Origin: Podarcis muralis
Lineage: Eukaryota
DNA: 64,000 nucleotides
Assembly (NCBI RefSeq): GCF_964188315.1
Contig: NC_135658.1
Coordinates: 104,780,001-104,844,000, forward strand
Direction of reading: 5' to 3'
A program made the translations under genes and the position numbers. The notes beneath the pieces are model-generated. The model had not been told where the DNA came from. It made no database searches and worked only from the letters and a program-made list of their open reading frames with translations. Of this stretch, positions 12,222-24,621 are shown piece by piece; the stretch's first letter is position 1, and each line of letters starts with the position of its first letter.

Positions 12222-12954
12222 CTGTAGAAGCCAATTTTATGGCAAATAAATTCTGAATTTCATACCAACCTGCCCTTTCCTCAAGATTTGTTTTGCCAAG
12301 GCTCAGTGAGGACCTTTGCTGTGGCTGTATGCAGATTGTGAATTAATAACCTGTGCCCCCCTTTACTGCTGGCCCCCTGGCCTGTGGTCAGCAGTGATGG
12401 AAGTTGTAGTCCAATAATATCTAGCGGCCCACATTTTGCCACCCCTGGATTATAGAGGTTCCATCCTCAGGAGTTTCATTTGTACCTGTCTCTTCTTGCT
12501 TCCTACTGGTGCAACTAAGTTCTTTTTATTCCAGCTGGACTGAGAAGTTCCTCTCAGGACTGGTCCTATTATGAGCAGAGTGAGGTGGCTGCCTTAGGCA
12601 GAAGATGCTGAGGGGTGTGTGTAGACATTGCTGGCTGGGCCAGGCAGCTGCCCCTGCATCTCCTATGCCAGCCTGCTGCCCTCAGAGCGCTTCAAAGGCT
12701 AGTTTGGTCAGCTCCTGCATCTGAAATGGGGGAGACGCCATCCTGTCAATTGGCTTGGCCTTAGGCAGTCAAATATCTTGGGCCAATCCTGTTTCTTCTA
12801 AGTTGATTTTATGTGCTATACCTTTTTCTGTTTTGATATCTTTATTGTCTTTCATTGTTGGCTGATGTAGTTTATTGTGTATTTTTCAAATGGTAATCAA
12901 TCTCCCTGAGTACCATGTCTGCAGGATATAAATTCTACTTAAATGGTACCTGAT

Positions 12955-13200
12955 AATTTAGTGTGGCAGCCCCTGCACTTTGGAACTCCCTGCCTGTTGA
13001 TATCAAGAAGGCACCTTCACTGTGCTACATGCTAAATGCTCAAAACATTATTGTTTAGACACTTCTACCCAGATGCTTACTATATAACTTTTTGTAAATA
13101 CTAGAGTTGTAAATTTTTCCTGATTTTGTTTTAGCTTTTTGTAAACCTCTTTGAGGATTCTTTTACAACCAAATGGTGTATAAATTTTGTGAAATAAATA
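12955..13200 (+). mobile_element. Old L2 3' end
   Basis: TTTAGTGTGGCAGCCCCTGCACTTTGGAACTCCCTGCCT reads FSVAAPALWNSLP and is followed by an AT-rich 3' UTR. Confidence 0.65.
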
Positions 13201-14383
13201 CAAGAAAATAAAATAAACAAACAAGCAAAACAAGCAAAAATGCAAAGGTGGTGGATAGGATTCCTGAGCTTCCACTGCATCCGGAGCCTCTACAATTTGG
13301 CAGAAAAAATGTAAAGGTAAGGATATCTGTGTGTAGTCACTGCTGCTGCTGCCTGGGGGAAGGCTGAGGGGAGTATGCAGAGAGAAGGAACTAATTAGGC
13401 ATTTATATCCCCCCCCCCCCCCCGAAAGTGACTTTATGTGATTCCAGCAGGGGAAGAGGATTAGGGATGCAAAAAGGGATTTGTTTCCATTTTGCCCTAT
13501 ATGAGTCACATGCAGCACTGTATCCCTTCTACCACAGTTTGGATTCTGCAAAAAACAAAACCCAACTTTATTTGACGTGCTGTTTGCTGTGGCCAGATTT
13601 AATAAAGTAAATAAGTATGCTACGGTTACATGATTCTGCACCATTTCAGGGCTGGTGGTGGGTGGGAAATGATATCAATAATACACTGAACAAAATAACA
13701 ACAGTGAATTGCAGACTGGGGGGAAAATGACAACAGCAAAAAATGTATTGTGTTTGCCCCCTTGGTTTTCATTCCTGTTTGGTGATGGACACACAATGAC
13801 ACAATCTCCGGAACCATTTCCCATTTCAATAGAGTTCTCCAACATCCCTAAAGAGAATCCTCAATATATTGAGCTGTATTCAATTCAATTGCTGTGCTAG
13901 AGGAATCCATCACAACAACCCCCCAACAAGCCCGCCCAACGCAGTGGGACTTCCCATCTTCTCCCCCAATGCCCTCCACAGATCTGTTCAGGGGGGTTGG
14001 GAGAAGCCACAGAGCAGCACACAGAGGGTGGAGAGGGACAACGGCTTCATCCAGCAAGCACAAATGCTTGCTGAAGGAATGATCTCCTTAGCGCTATGTT
14101 GAATGAAGCCCATTACTTTTATTCCAGAAGTTTAGTTGGCAATCAGCTCTTTTTCTTTGTAGTATCTTACCCTTGCTTATTTCTTAAAAAGCAGTGGGAA
14201 ATGGGTCTTGTCTTGGTGTGGCTTTTACTTCCTTCAAGACGCACCTCTGATGCAAACCAAGAATAGGTCAAGGATAAAACATTGTCTTAAAGACAGGTGA
14301 AGAAAATACAAATGACTTCTCCTGTTATCACATGAATTCACATCTACACAAAACATGAAGTCTTGGGACATATTTGCAGGATA

Positions 14384-14620
14384 CAGTCATACCTTTGTTT
14401 TCAAACAGCTTAGTTCTTGTCCATTTTGGCTCCCGAACGCTGCAAACCCAGAAGTGAGTATTCTGGTTTGGAAACTATTTTTGGAAGCCGAATGTCTGAC
14501 AGGGCTTCCATAGCTTCCAATTGGCTGCAGGAGCTTTCTGCAGCCAATCAGAAAACACACTTTGGTTTTTGAACATTTTGGAAGTCAAACGGATTCTGTT
14601 CAGCTTCCAAAGTACGACTG
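14384..14620. mobile_element. Tc1/mariner (Tigger-like) MITE
   Basis: TA|CAGTCATACCTT ... AAGTACGACTG|TA: imperfect TIRs with a TA target duplication. Confidence 0.75.
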
Positions 14621-15409
14621 TACTTCACTGAACAAAATCAGGTCAGTTCCTGGAGTAGGTCAGTCTTGACCACATAAAAAATACCCTAAAAGTGCAATGC
14701 TACTAAGTCTACTAAGGAGTAAAGCCCACTGACTTAAATGGTACATACTCCCAGGTAAGTGTGTATAGGATTGCAGCCTTAATTACTCTATTTTGAATGC
14801 ATTTAATGTACGTCCATGCCTGAATAAGACTAAATTTAAACAGTAAGAATTATGCCATGAGTGGATGATCTATGTTCTACATCCAATCTGTATAAATCTA
14901 CCCAAATTGATACTGCTGAAATAAACAGCATGAAAGGGTCCAATGTAAAGATTAACACTGCAATTATTTTATATTACAATATAATATTCATATATTATCT
15001 GGCTTAAAATAATCACATTTAAGCTTCTTTAAATGTATTCTGAAGGTTTTATTGATAGAGCTTCCTACAAAGACCTGCCTTGGTAGGTGGTAAACACATT
15101 TATCCTGGGTTTTATTATTTATTTATAAGACACCTTTGATTAAAAATGTTTTTTAATTCCAACCAGTATTGGGCTAATTTAAGCCTCAGCTAAACAAACC
15201 AGCTGGGATTATACAGCTCATTTGCTGAGTCTTGTCACATTCATGGCAAACATATCCATACTTTATCTTGTGCCTTTTTATAACCTCTCTCTAGCAATTG
15301 TCATTAGCATTAACTTTACAGATAGAAAAAGAGTTATTTTGCACAAATATCCTGAGATTTTGTTCTTTACCACTGGCAGTGTGTGTGTGTGTTGGAGCCA
15401 GAGACTATA

Positions 15410-15803
15410 AGGGTAAATGTAAGGTAAAGGACCCCTGAACAGTTAAGACCAGTCAAAGGTGACTATGGGGTTATGGCGCTCATCTTACTTTTCAGGCCGA
15501 GGGAGCCGGCATTTGTCCACAGACAGCTTTCCAGGTCATGTTGCCAGCATGACTAAGCCATTTCTGGGGCAACGGAACACTGTGATGGAAACCAGAGCAC
15601 ACGGAAACACCATTTACCTTCCCACCACAGCATTACCTATTTATCTGCTTGCACTGGCGTGCTTTTGAACTGCTAGGTTGGCAGGAGTTGGGACAGAGAA
15701 ACGGGAGCGCACCACATAACGTGGATTCAAACCACCAAGCTTCTGATTGGCAAGCCCAAGAGGCTCAGTGGTTTAGACCACAGCGTGACCCCCATCCACT
15801 AGT
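15410..15803 (-). mobile_element. Sauria SINE, full length
   Basis: Homologous to 11735-12061. TSD GAGACTATA at 15401-15409 and 15804-15812. Confidence 0.9.
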
Positions 15804-16215
15804 GAGACTATATCGCTAGCATGTAAACACTGGGGTTCCCTATCCCAGGACAATTCAGAATAAGCACAAGAGCTCCATCTAGCTTCCAGGTGCTGAGAAC
15901 CTGAAAGTTGTCAAAGTTTGCTGCAAGGTTTAGCACTCATTGAGCCTGGGCAGAGTAGCCCATTGCTCAAGTCATAGCAGCTGCTCTGCCTTTAGAGCAG
16001 ATTGCATTTCCACCAAGTCTCATTTAAATGAATGAGCAGTACTATGCAGCACACAGTAGAACATGTGCAGGAGAAAGTCCCAGGGTATTGTGTCCTGAAC
16101 CTGCAACTTTCTTTACTTAGTACTGTGCTCCAATGAAATCAATGAAACAATTCCATGTAAATCAGTAAATTGGGGCCATCAAAACGATATCAAAAGTGCA
16201 GTTTGATTTTTAGTG

Positions 16216-16351
16216 CAGTGTTTCCCAACCTTGTGCCTCCAGCTGTTTTTGGCCTACAATTCCCATCATCCCTTGCCACTGGTCTTGCTAGTCAGGGATG
16301 ATGGGAGTTGTAGGCCAAAAACATCTGGAGGCACAAGGTTGGGAAACACTG
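16216..16351. mobile_element. Palindromic hAT (Charlie-type) MITE
   Basis: Termini CAGTGTTTCCCAACC / GGTTGGGAAACACTG, inverted arms of about 58 bp, and a perfect 8-bp TSD TTTTAGTG (16208-16215, 16352-16359). Confidence 0.92.
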
Positions 16352-16599
16352 TTTTAGTGGCATAGGCATGCTAGCACCAGTGGTGTTGTATCCCACCCCA
16401 ATATTTTTATTGCCGTTCCATCCTTTCTCTAAGAAGCTCAGGACAGCATAGATATGTAGGAGCCACACCATTTTTGTCTTCACAACAATCCTAGAAACTA
16501 GGTTATGATGAGAGACAGCCACAGACCCAAGACTTCAAACAATGTCTATATGAGATTGCTTGGTATTTGGGTACCTGAAGGACTTCTCCCACACAAACC

Positions 16600-17035
16600 T
16601 GACTATCCATGCACCGGTGTCATTCTCCAGGGTGACCACTTATGCATCAATAGACAGAGCTATTCCACCTGGCCTTTAATTTGAATTCAGCCCAATCTTT
16701 TATTTCCCTTCTCTTCCCTCCAGCCCAATCTTTTATTTCCCTTCTCTTCCCTCCCCCTCCCCTTTTATGAAGATTACCCGCTCTGAGACCCCACAGCTAA
16801 TTCTCCCTTGGCCTCCTCGCTGGCCCAAGTAGGACTAATTCAGCCAGCTAGCCCTGGTGACTGTCTAATGTTTATTGGATGGATTTTTGAACTTTGAATT
16901 TTATTGTTATTCATGCTTTTATGCTGTATTTTATGCTGCTTCTATGTTGTATTACAATTAAGTGTTTTAAATTTGTTGTTAGCCGCCCTGAGCCCGGTTT
17001 TCTGAACCGGGAAGGGTGGGGTATAAATAAAAATG
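16600..17035 (+). mobile_element. LINE (L2-type) 3' UTR fragment
   Basis: Ends GTTAGCCGCCCTGAGCCC...GGGTGGGGTATAAATAAAA, like the 3' end of the L2 at 20205-21235. Contains a 33-bp tandem duplication (16688-16753). The 5' boundary is uncertain. Confidence 0.55.
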
Positions 17036-18269
17036 TATTTATTTGTTTATCAATGAAAAATAATATTTACATTGCCAAGAAATAGGACAAAAGAGGAGCA
17101 TGATCTGTTGCATACACAGCTTAGGAAAACAAACCACAAAAAAATACTTTCATAGCCATGCAGTGCAGAGTGGTTAGAATAGAGAACAAGTAAGGAATCC
17201 AGACAGGTTCTTCAAAAGAGGGTTAAAAGCAGGATATCTGCCCATCTTCCCATTGCCAGAGGCCTGTCTCCATATGCCTTGCCCTCTGAAGCTGACCGGA
17301 GATGGACTTGCCTTCTCAAGCACAATGCCCTGCCTGAGGAATAGAGGAAGCTGAGCCAAAGCATGAGTCCACCAACTCAGCCATGTCTACCTTGAGTGGT
17401 TTCAGGCAGGGGCTTTCCCAGCTCCACCTGGAGATGCCGGGGTCAAAACTGGAAGGATCTGCATGCCAAGCGCTTCCTCAGGGAAGAATCACTTGGTGCC
17501 CACCTTCCATTCCCTTTGTGGCCAGACCATGGCATCTTTATTTTAAATGTTAGCTGTGTTGGTTTTCTTCTGCTGCGGCAGTTCCTTTATTTTACTGTTA
17601 TGTTGTCTTTATTTTATTTTTAATGACTCTATTGATTTTCTTCTTTTTATCTCATTGCTAGCTGCCCTGGAAAATAGTAATGTTGAAAATTTTAAATTAA
17701 ATAAATGAATTTATATGTTCATACCCAATGAGTGTGACTGAACAGGGTAAAAGTAAAGACTCACGACACACAACACCACATTGACTTTCACACCTCATTG
17801 GCTCACAAAGTGTTATGGGAGCAGTCATACTACAGGGAGATAACACTGATATGGATTAATAGCCCTGTCATGTTTGCTGCTGACTGGAAAAACCAATAGG
17901 ACTTACATCTTAGTGAGCATATTGAGAAGCTGGGCTGAAGTCATATATAACCCTGAAGTTATCTATATGAATACTCAAGTGAGTATTAGTTCACTCCTGA
18001 CTAGGAGTGCTTTATACATATTGCAATTCATAGGCCGCTTTTCAGGAGTTCACCAGAGTACAAGAATGTGAGGAGTATTGTGGTGGCAGCTTATTATCTG
18101 ACCAATGCATCTTCAGTAGAATATCTATAGGATGTCTGCTCATACAAACCTATGGGAGGTTCCCACAGACATTCTTCTGAACATGTGTATGTCAGGGCAC
18201 ATTCATTGAGCACAGATGAGCACCTGAAACATCCCATGATATACCTTCAAGAGAGGTGATGAACTTGCT

Positions 18270-18405
18270 ATATAGCCTTTGAGAATTTTTGGAGAACTGG
18301 TGAGACCATGCAGACTGGAGGCAGGCAAATGTTGTCCCCATCATCAAAAAGGGGGGGAGGGAGAGAGAAGACCCAGAGAAGGTCCTAAAACAGATAATTA
18401 AACAG
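18270..18405 (+). mobile_element. CR1 LINE RT fragment
   Basis: Reads IAFENFWRTGE..DWRQANVVPIIKKG..EDP, matching the CR1 motif W.TGEVPEDWRRANV.PIFKKG. Confidence 0.7.
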
Positions 18406-20204
18406 TCAGTCTCCTCCTTGGTTGTTTATCCAGGAACATCCATGCGGAGGCTGTACATGATGTGGCAAATGACATGGCTTGTTCACATGTTACTTGGTCG
18501 CTCCCCATCCAGCCCTTAGCACACTGCTGCATCATCATAGGAACTGAGCCTCACTGAGGCGGCCTACAGGGCTACTGCACACATCACATAAATGCAATGG
18601 TAATATTCTGAATTGTATCACTTTAGAGTGTGTGTGATATATTTGACTCACTAGTTGGCAACTTTTTTAAAAAAACCAACGATCTCATTCTGTGTAATGT
18701 GAAGAATGAGGCTCTTAAACCTTGACATTCTGAAAGAGTTCCATTTTGAGCATCATTGCTGCTCAAAGCGCAGCTTAATTTTGTTTTTTGTTTTTTGTGT
18801 GTGTGCACATTGTGGATGTTTTCAGTTATCCTTCTTTGGCTTTCAGAATGGAATGTGATGCAATCACTCTGGCCTGACTTCCCCCTAGGTTCATAAACAT
18901 CAGAGACAGCAAACAAGTTTTGAATGTAGTAGCTGGTGCTAGCAGAAGAGAACATTAATATTTTCTCCTGGAAAAACAACACTTGCTATACAGTGCCAGC
19001 TTGCAAAAGAGCTGAGTCAAGTGAAAAAAACCCTTACATTTTTCCAACTGGCCATTGCTCTTCTGGGGCATTTCACTCTTCAAAGAGGAATGCTTTCTAC
19101 TTCCAGTCTTGTAATACACTTTTTAAAGGTAGTGCAAATATTGTCACCAACGGGTACATAAGAGTATTGCATTCAGAGATACCGGAACAATATCATGAAA
19201 TGGCATTCAGTAGCACTTATGACTTGGTTTCACTTATCCTACATTTCCCTTATATGTATGCTACATTTCCCTTATATTTTTTCTCCACCTCCCTTAATAA
19301 AAAGTAAGAAAAATTTTAAAGTTTGAGCTCACCTGTGGGAAAGCAGCGTGATTAACCTCTGTGAAGTGTATGCAGACTCCTGGAAGCAACACCAGCTGTA
19401 ACATCCTTCAAGTGACATTTCACGGAATATAGCAAGCTTGAGAGAATGTTGAACAATTACAGCAGATCATTACCTCACGTAAAAATGTTGTATGAGGGTG
19501 GCTAAACAAATGTGCGGAGCTGCAGTTTATCCTGTTTACCATATGCTATGTCACTTGCAGTAATAACAATTCTGCTCCCCCAGAAAGTGCCCTTAAATAT
19601 CAGTGAACAAGGCAGAGCACTTCTTCTTGATAGAACTTTGTAAAATGTCGATGCAAGGAAACATTTGTAATGCAGAAAACTCAATTTATTCTTCAGGAAA
19701 GTTTTGCCTACATCAATTTGAATTGCTTTTTAAAAAAAACAAGGGAAAACAAGAAGTGCAGCACAAGGAAATAAAATGCATATTCTGTATATATATTTTT
19801 TCACATAGTTCTACGTTTTCCTGCATTTTACTGCAACTGGGGGTGGGGACCTCCACATTGACCATTTATTGGGTATTTGCAGTGTCCCAGACATCCCAAT
19901 CACCCCTCCTCTTGTTCATGCAGATACTACCATAAAGACTAGTATTGAGGAGCAATTTCTGAAGTTAGTTTGTTTCTGACAAGTTATGTGGAAATCTTTG
20001 AAAGTTATCTGGTGTTTCTTGGGGGGGCACTTGGCTCTCTTGCCTTCCATTTTGCCCGAGTGAGCCAGGCACATCCTCCAGCCAAGTTCCCAAATCCAGA
20101 AACATCAGATAGGTTCTGTCTGGAAGACAGAGAAATCCCAGTGGCAATTTCCACCAGCAACAACCATCTTCTCCAGCTCACAGTGGGTATTTGACATCTC
20201 CCAA

Positions 20205-21195
20205 ATCCCAGAAACATGACACACTGACCAGATGTTTGGAAGCTGTGGCTGGATGGTTTCATGGGAGCCAATTGAAACTAAATCCTTCGAAGACAGAGGT
20301 CCTATGGCTGGGTCGGGATGGTATGGGGATGAGGGATCAACTCCCTTCTCTTGCAGAGGCCCAATTAGTGCCAGTGCCTTCCGTTAAGAGTTTGGGTGTA
20401 ATCCTTGACGCCTCCCTTTCCATGGAGGTGCAGGTTACAGCAACAGCCAAGGCGACATTTTTCCACCTTCACCACATCAAGCAGTTGCTCCCTTACCTTT
20501 CCCACCCCAATCTGGCCACAGTGATCCACACGACGCTCACCTCCAGGCTTGACTACTGTAATTCGCTCTCTACGAGGGGCTGCCCTTGAAGCTGTCCCAG
20601 AAACTCCAGCGGGTGCAGAATGCTGCAGCGAGCCTCCTCACGGGGTCCCTGCCATGGGAGCATATTCACCCAGTGCTTTTCCAGCTGCACTGGCTCCCGG
20701 TAGAGTACAGGGTCAGATTTAATGTGCTGATTTTGACCTTTAAAGCCCTTCATAGCCTTGGACCCTCGTACCTACGGGACCGCCTCTCCCGGTATGCCCC
20801 ACGGAGAGCCTCAAGGTCCATAAATAGTAACACCCTAGAGGTCCCGGGCCCTAAGGAAGTCAGATTAGCCTCAACCAGAGCCAGGGCCTTTTCAACGTTG
20901 GCTCCGGCCTGGTGGAATGCTCTGTCTCATGAGACCAGGGCCCTGCAGGATCTGATTTCTTTCTGCAGGGCCTGTAAGACAGAGTTGTTCCCCCTGGCCT
21001 TTGGCTTAGAATCAATTTGATTCCCTCCCCCTCTTTCTTATTTCCTTTATCTTCCTGTGAAGAGGCTGCATCTTAATGTTTTAATGTTGTATTTTAATCT
21101 TGTTTTTAAGTTGTATTTTAATCAACTTGTTTTTATTATTGGTTGTTAGCCGCCGTGAGCCCAGTCTTGGCTGGGGAGGGCGGGGTATAAATAAA

Positions 21196-21235
<40 letters not shown>
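20205..21235 (+). mobile_element. 5'-truncated L2 LINE with (TAT)n tail
   Basis: ORFs 20191..20589 (CLEAVAGW..LKLNPSKTEVL..SRLDYCNSL) and 20586..21020 (QNAAA..LHWLPV..RAFSTLAPAWWNAL). 3' end GGCGGGGTATAAATAAAA plus a (TAT)n run at about 21199-21235. Confidence 0.92.
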
Positions 21236-22224
21236 GGTTTTTTTGTAAAAGTTATTTTGAACATCCTTTTCAATTCATTATATATCATTTCCCAGTAAGC
21301 TTTAACCTTGTTTCATGGCACCCCTTTCTAAGTGCTCACAGACTAACCATTTAGGAGATTTCCAGGTTCAGCATCAAGTTGACTGACTGGTCTTCTCTCC
21401 AACACAAGTGTTGAAGATAAGGACAACACTTGCCACCTCCAGTCTGCAGGGAGCTTTTTGGTGCCACCTTAGCCTTAATTGGAAGGGAAGGCAAATGGCA
21501 GCAGAAGATTTGGTTACCTGACTCTGAGCTTGATGCTGGAGGCCAGAGTCCCCTCAACTCAAGGCTGGCCGGCAGGGAGGAGGCTCCTGGGCCAGATCTC
21601 ACAGTACAAGGGGCTACGGAGCCAGAGCCAGGACCCTGATGGACACCTTCCATTGGGGCCAGTGAACTGAGCACCTGTCTCCCAGTCTAGGTACATATTA
21701 CAACTTACATTGTATTTTAAATTCAGTTCAAACGTTTCAAAGGATGGTTGGATGGCTCACAACAAAGGAGGGAAGATTTTCTAGGTGTTGCATGGATGAT
21801 AGAGGGGCAGCTCATCTACAAACAAATTTATTGGTCCAGCCCTGTAATGTCTCTTAGCTTTCCCAGTGTGAGGCTTTTCTATTTTAGAAGATAATGCTAA
21901 AACATTAAGGGAATATTGCGTAAAAGATTTCCAATTCTCCTCTAACCTTGGAGATGCATATTGCTTCCAGGCCAAGAGCCTCATTATTAACACAGAGGCG
22001 CAGGCAATTTAATGGTGGGATTTTGTCTTGTTTTTATGTAAAGGACCTGATTTGTATTTAAAAACAAAAAACAACAACTACTACAACAACAGTGAATGCA
22101 AACCACAGATGTCGGGATTCACAAACAACTTACTTATCTCACTGGCTTCAAAGTAAATGCAAAGAATTAAATTCTAGAAAATATCTAACCTTCTGCCTTT
22201 CATATGTACTTTAAATACATTAAG

Positions 22225-22567
22225 AAGGTAAAGGTACCCCTGCCCGTACGGGCCAGTCGTGTCCGACTCTAGGGTTGTGCGCTCATCTCACTCTATAGGC
22301 CGGGAGCCAGTGCTGTCCACAGACACTTCTGGGTCACGTGGCCAGCGTGACGAAGCTGCAGCTGGCGAGCCAGCGCAGCACACGGAAATGCCGTTTACCT
22401 TCCCGCTAGTAAGCGGTCCCTATTTATCTACTTGCACTTAAGGGTGCTTTCGAACTGCTAGGTGGGCAGGCGCTGGGACCGAAAGATGGGAGCTCACCCC
22501 GCCGCGGGGATTTGAACCGCCGACCATGAGATCGGCAAGCCCTAGGCGCTGAGGTTTTACCCACAGC
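22225..22567 (-). mobile_element. Sauria SINE (slightly 5'-clipped; distinct subfamily)
   Basis: Homologous to the other copies, with a variant tail region AAGGTAAAGGTACCCCTGCCCGTACGGGCC. No TSD found. Confidence 0.88.
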
Positions 22568-24548
22568 AATGCATGTAATATCAGTAGGAAGCAGCATCCC
22601 TACTCAGTAAGCATATCGAGTATAGGGATGCAACTAATACATGTGATCCTTTTTTTCTGTGAAACCAATGACCATTTTGTAATTTGGCTGATGGATACAT
22701 TAATGGATAGATTAATACATTCTTATTACATTTTTGAAAAAATATAGTATTTTATTTTGGCTAGTGATGATTAGTTTGCATTTAAATTTGGGGGCAGGTC
22801 GCTAAGTAGATGTTGATAGGACTGCACAGAGCAACCTCTGGGACTCCCCTTGTAGTGTTGTAGGTTATTTATTGAATTTCTATCCTGCTTTCTCACCAAA
22901 TGGTGCTCAATATGACTTCAAATTCATTTTGAATTTTGCAGTGTGCAATACGTTGGGAGAGGTTGCTGATCTCCTTCTGCAATACTCTGCTGGCTGCCCT
23001 CAACATTCCTTTGCTCTTTTACCTCCAAAACCACCATGGTGGTTTGCTGAGAATTTTGCTCTAGGCTGAGTCTCAGTTCAATAGGCCCCAACCAATTAGC
23101 AAAGTCCCTCTTCAAGATGGCAAAATGTGAAATATAGGAATGGAGCTTGTGGCATCACCTATGCCGGTTCCCAGCTTTCTTCAGAGATGCTGCTAGACAG
23201 CTGTGGGTTAATCAACTACAGCTCACCACCGACTCAACTTTAATTCTTAATGTGAACATGCCTTGCCTGTCAGTCAAAGGGAAAAGGCTAGAAGCACAGA
23301 GAGCTCACTAATGAAGCTCATCTGTACCTCTCGCATTTGTCAGATAAAAGCTAGAAGAGCTGGCTCTTCATGAGCCTAGCAGGAAGCAGACTGAGCAAAC
23401 AGAAACTTCATCAGAAACTGTGGGAGCTCTGTGCAAGAAATTAGGGAAAGAGGGCATGTACTCACCATGTGAACTCTCCTGCCCATGATGTTCCACATGG
23501 CTGGAAATTGAAGATAGGCTATAGAGGGACTTTTAGCTAATTACTAGAGCATCTAGCGCTTGTTTGATCTTTTAGCTGTGCACTGTAAGCTCCATTATTG
23601 TGCACTAATTTTATTCACACCAATATCTAGTATGCTGAGGGAGAACCACAGGCACCATTGCTATCAAATATGTACAGTTGGAAGATACAAGCACTTTGTT
23701 ATGTGGAAAGAAACCAAGGTAACTAAAAAATGCATTTTCCCATCCTGCTCAGAAATGATTTTCTTTCAAAAATTTAACACCATAGATTCCTGTTCTATTT
23801 AAGCAATTTTCTACCTCTGGAAGTTGGTTGTGTTCAGCTAGGAGAACTTGCTGGCAGCTGGTCACATTAATTTGCTAAAGCAGAGGGGGTTTTTTGTACC
23901 TTGTTTGGGTTCAACAATTGGAAGCATTCTTTCACCCAACTAGGCCACAATCCATCAGAATTATGGCTGAAATCCTACCTTAGAGTAAATTCCACTGAAA
24001 ATAGTAGGACTAGCTTCAAAGTTAACGGGCACATAGGAAATACTGTAAATTGCCTTGAATATTATCATGGTCTGTTTTGGAGTTGAATGAGGGTACCTGG
24101 GTCAAATTCTTGCCCAGACCTTGATTTCTCTGGATAACCTTGAGCAAGGCATTGCCACCCTAATCTAGCTCATAGGGGTGCCATAAAGATGGAATAAGAT
24201 AACCCCCCCACTCAATGTGTGCCTTTCTTAGCTCCTTGAAAATGTGCATTTGATATTTGACTTCCTTTTGTAATGTCTTTTTAAAGATTTATTTATTGTT
24301 AACATTGCTGCAGTAAAAGTGCATTCTGTAGTTGACCTTCATAATGTTTTATTCTGAAATCTTTAATATATTAGCTTCCTGTTAATTACTTTGCTTTGAA
24401 TGTATGCTTTATATTTGACTTCTTTCAGTAATGTTTTGTTCTGGTTTGTTTTATTCAATGTGTTGTAAACTGCTTTAAGATTCCCCCCCCCCCATTAAAA
24501 TATAAAATAGTATTGAAACAAAATGAATAATAATGACCACGAATTTAG

Positions 24549-24621
24549 ATTCCTGCATTGCAGGAGGGGGTGGACTAGATTACCCTCGGGTACCCTTCTG
24601 ACTCCAATAGTAATCCTATGA
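24549..24621 (+). mobile_element. CR1 LINE 3' terminus
   Basis: CCTGCATTGCAGGAGGGGGTGGACTAGATTACCCTCGGGTACCCTTCTGACTCC...CCTATGA is the typical CR1 3' hairpin end. Confidence 0.7.

Noticed and set aside
16688-16753. 33-bp tandem duplication (also a 17-bp one at 19239-19277)
   Set aside because: Two-copy slippage duplications with no spacers; not CRISPR-like or otherwise functional-looking.
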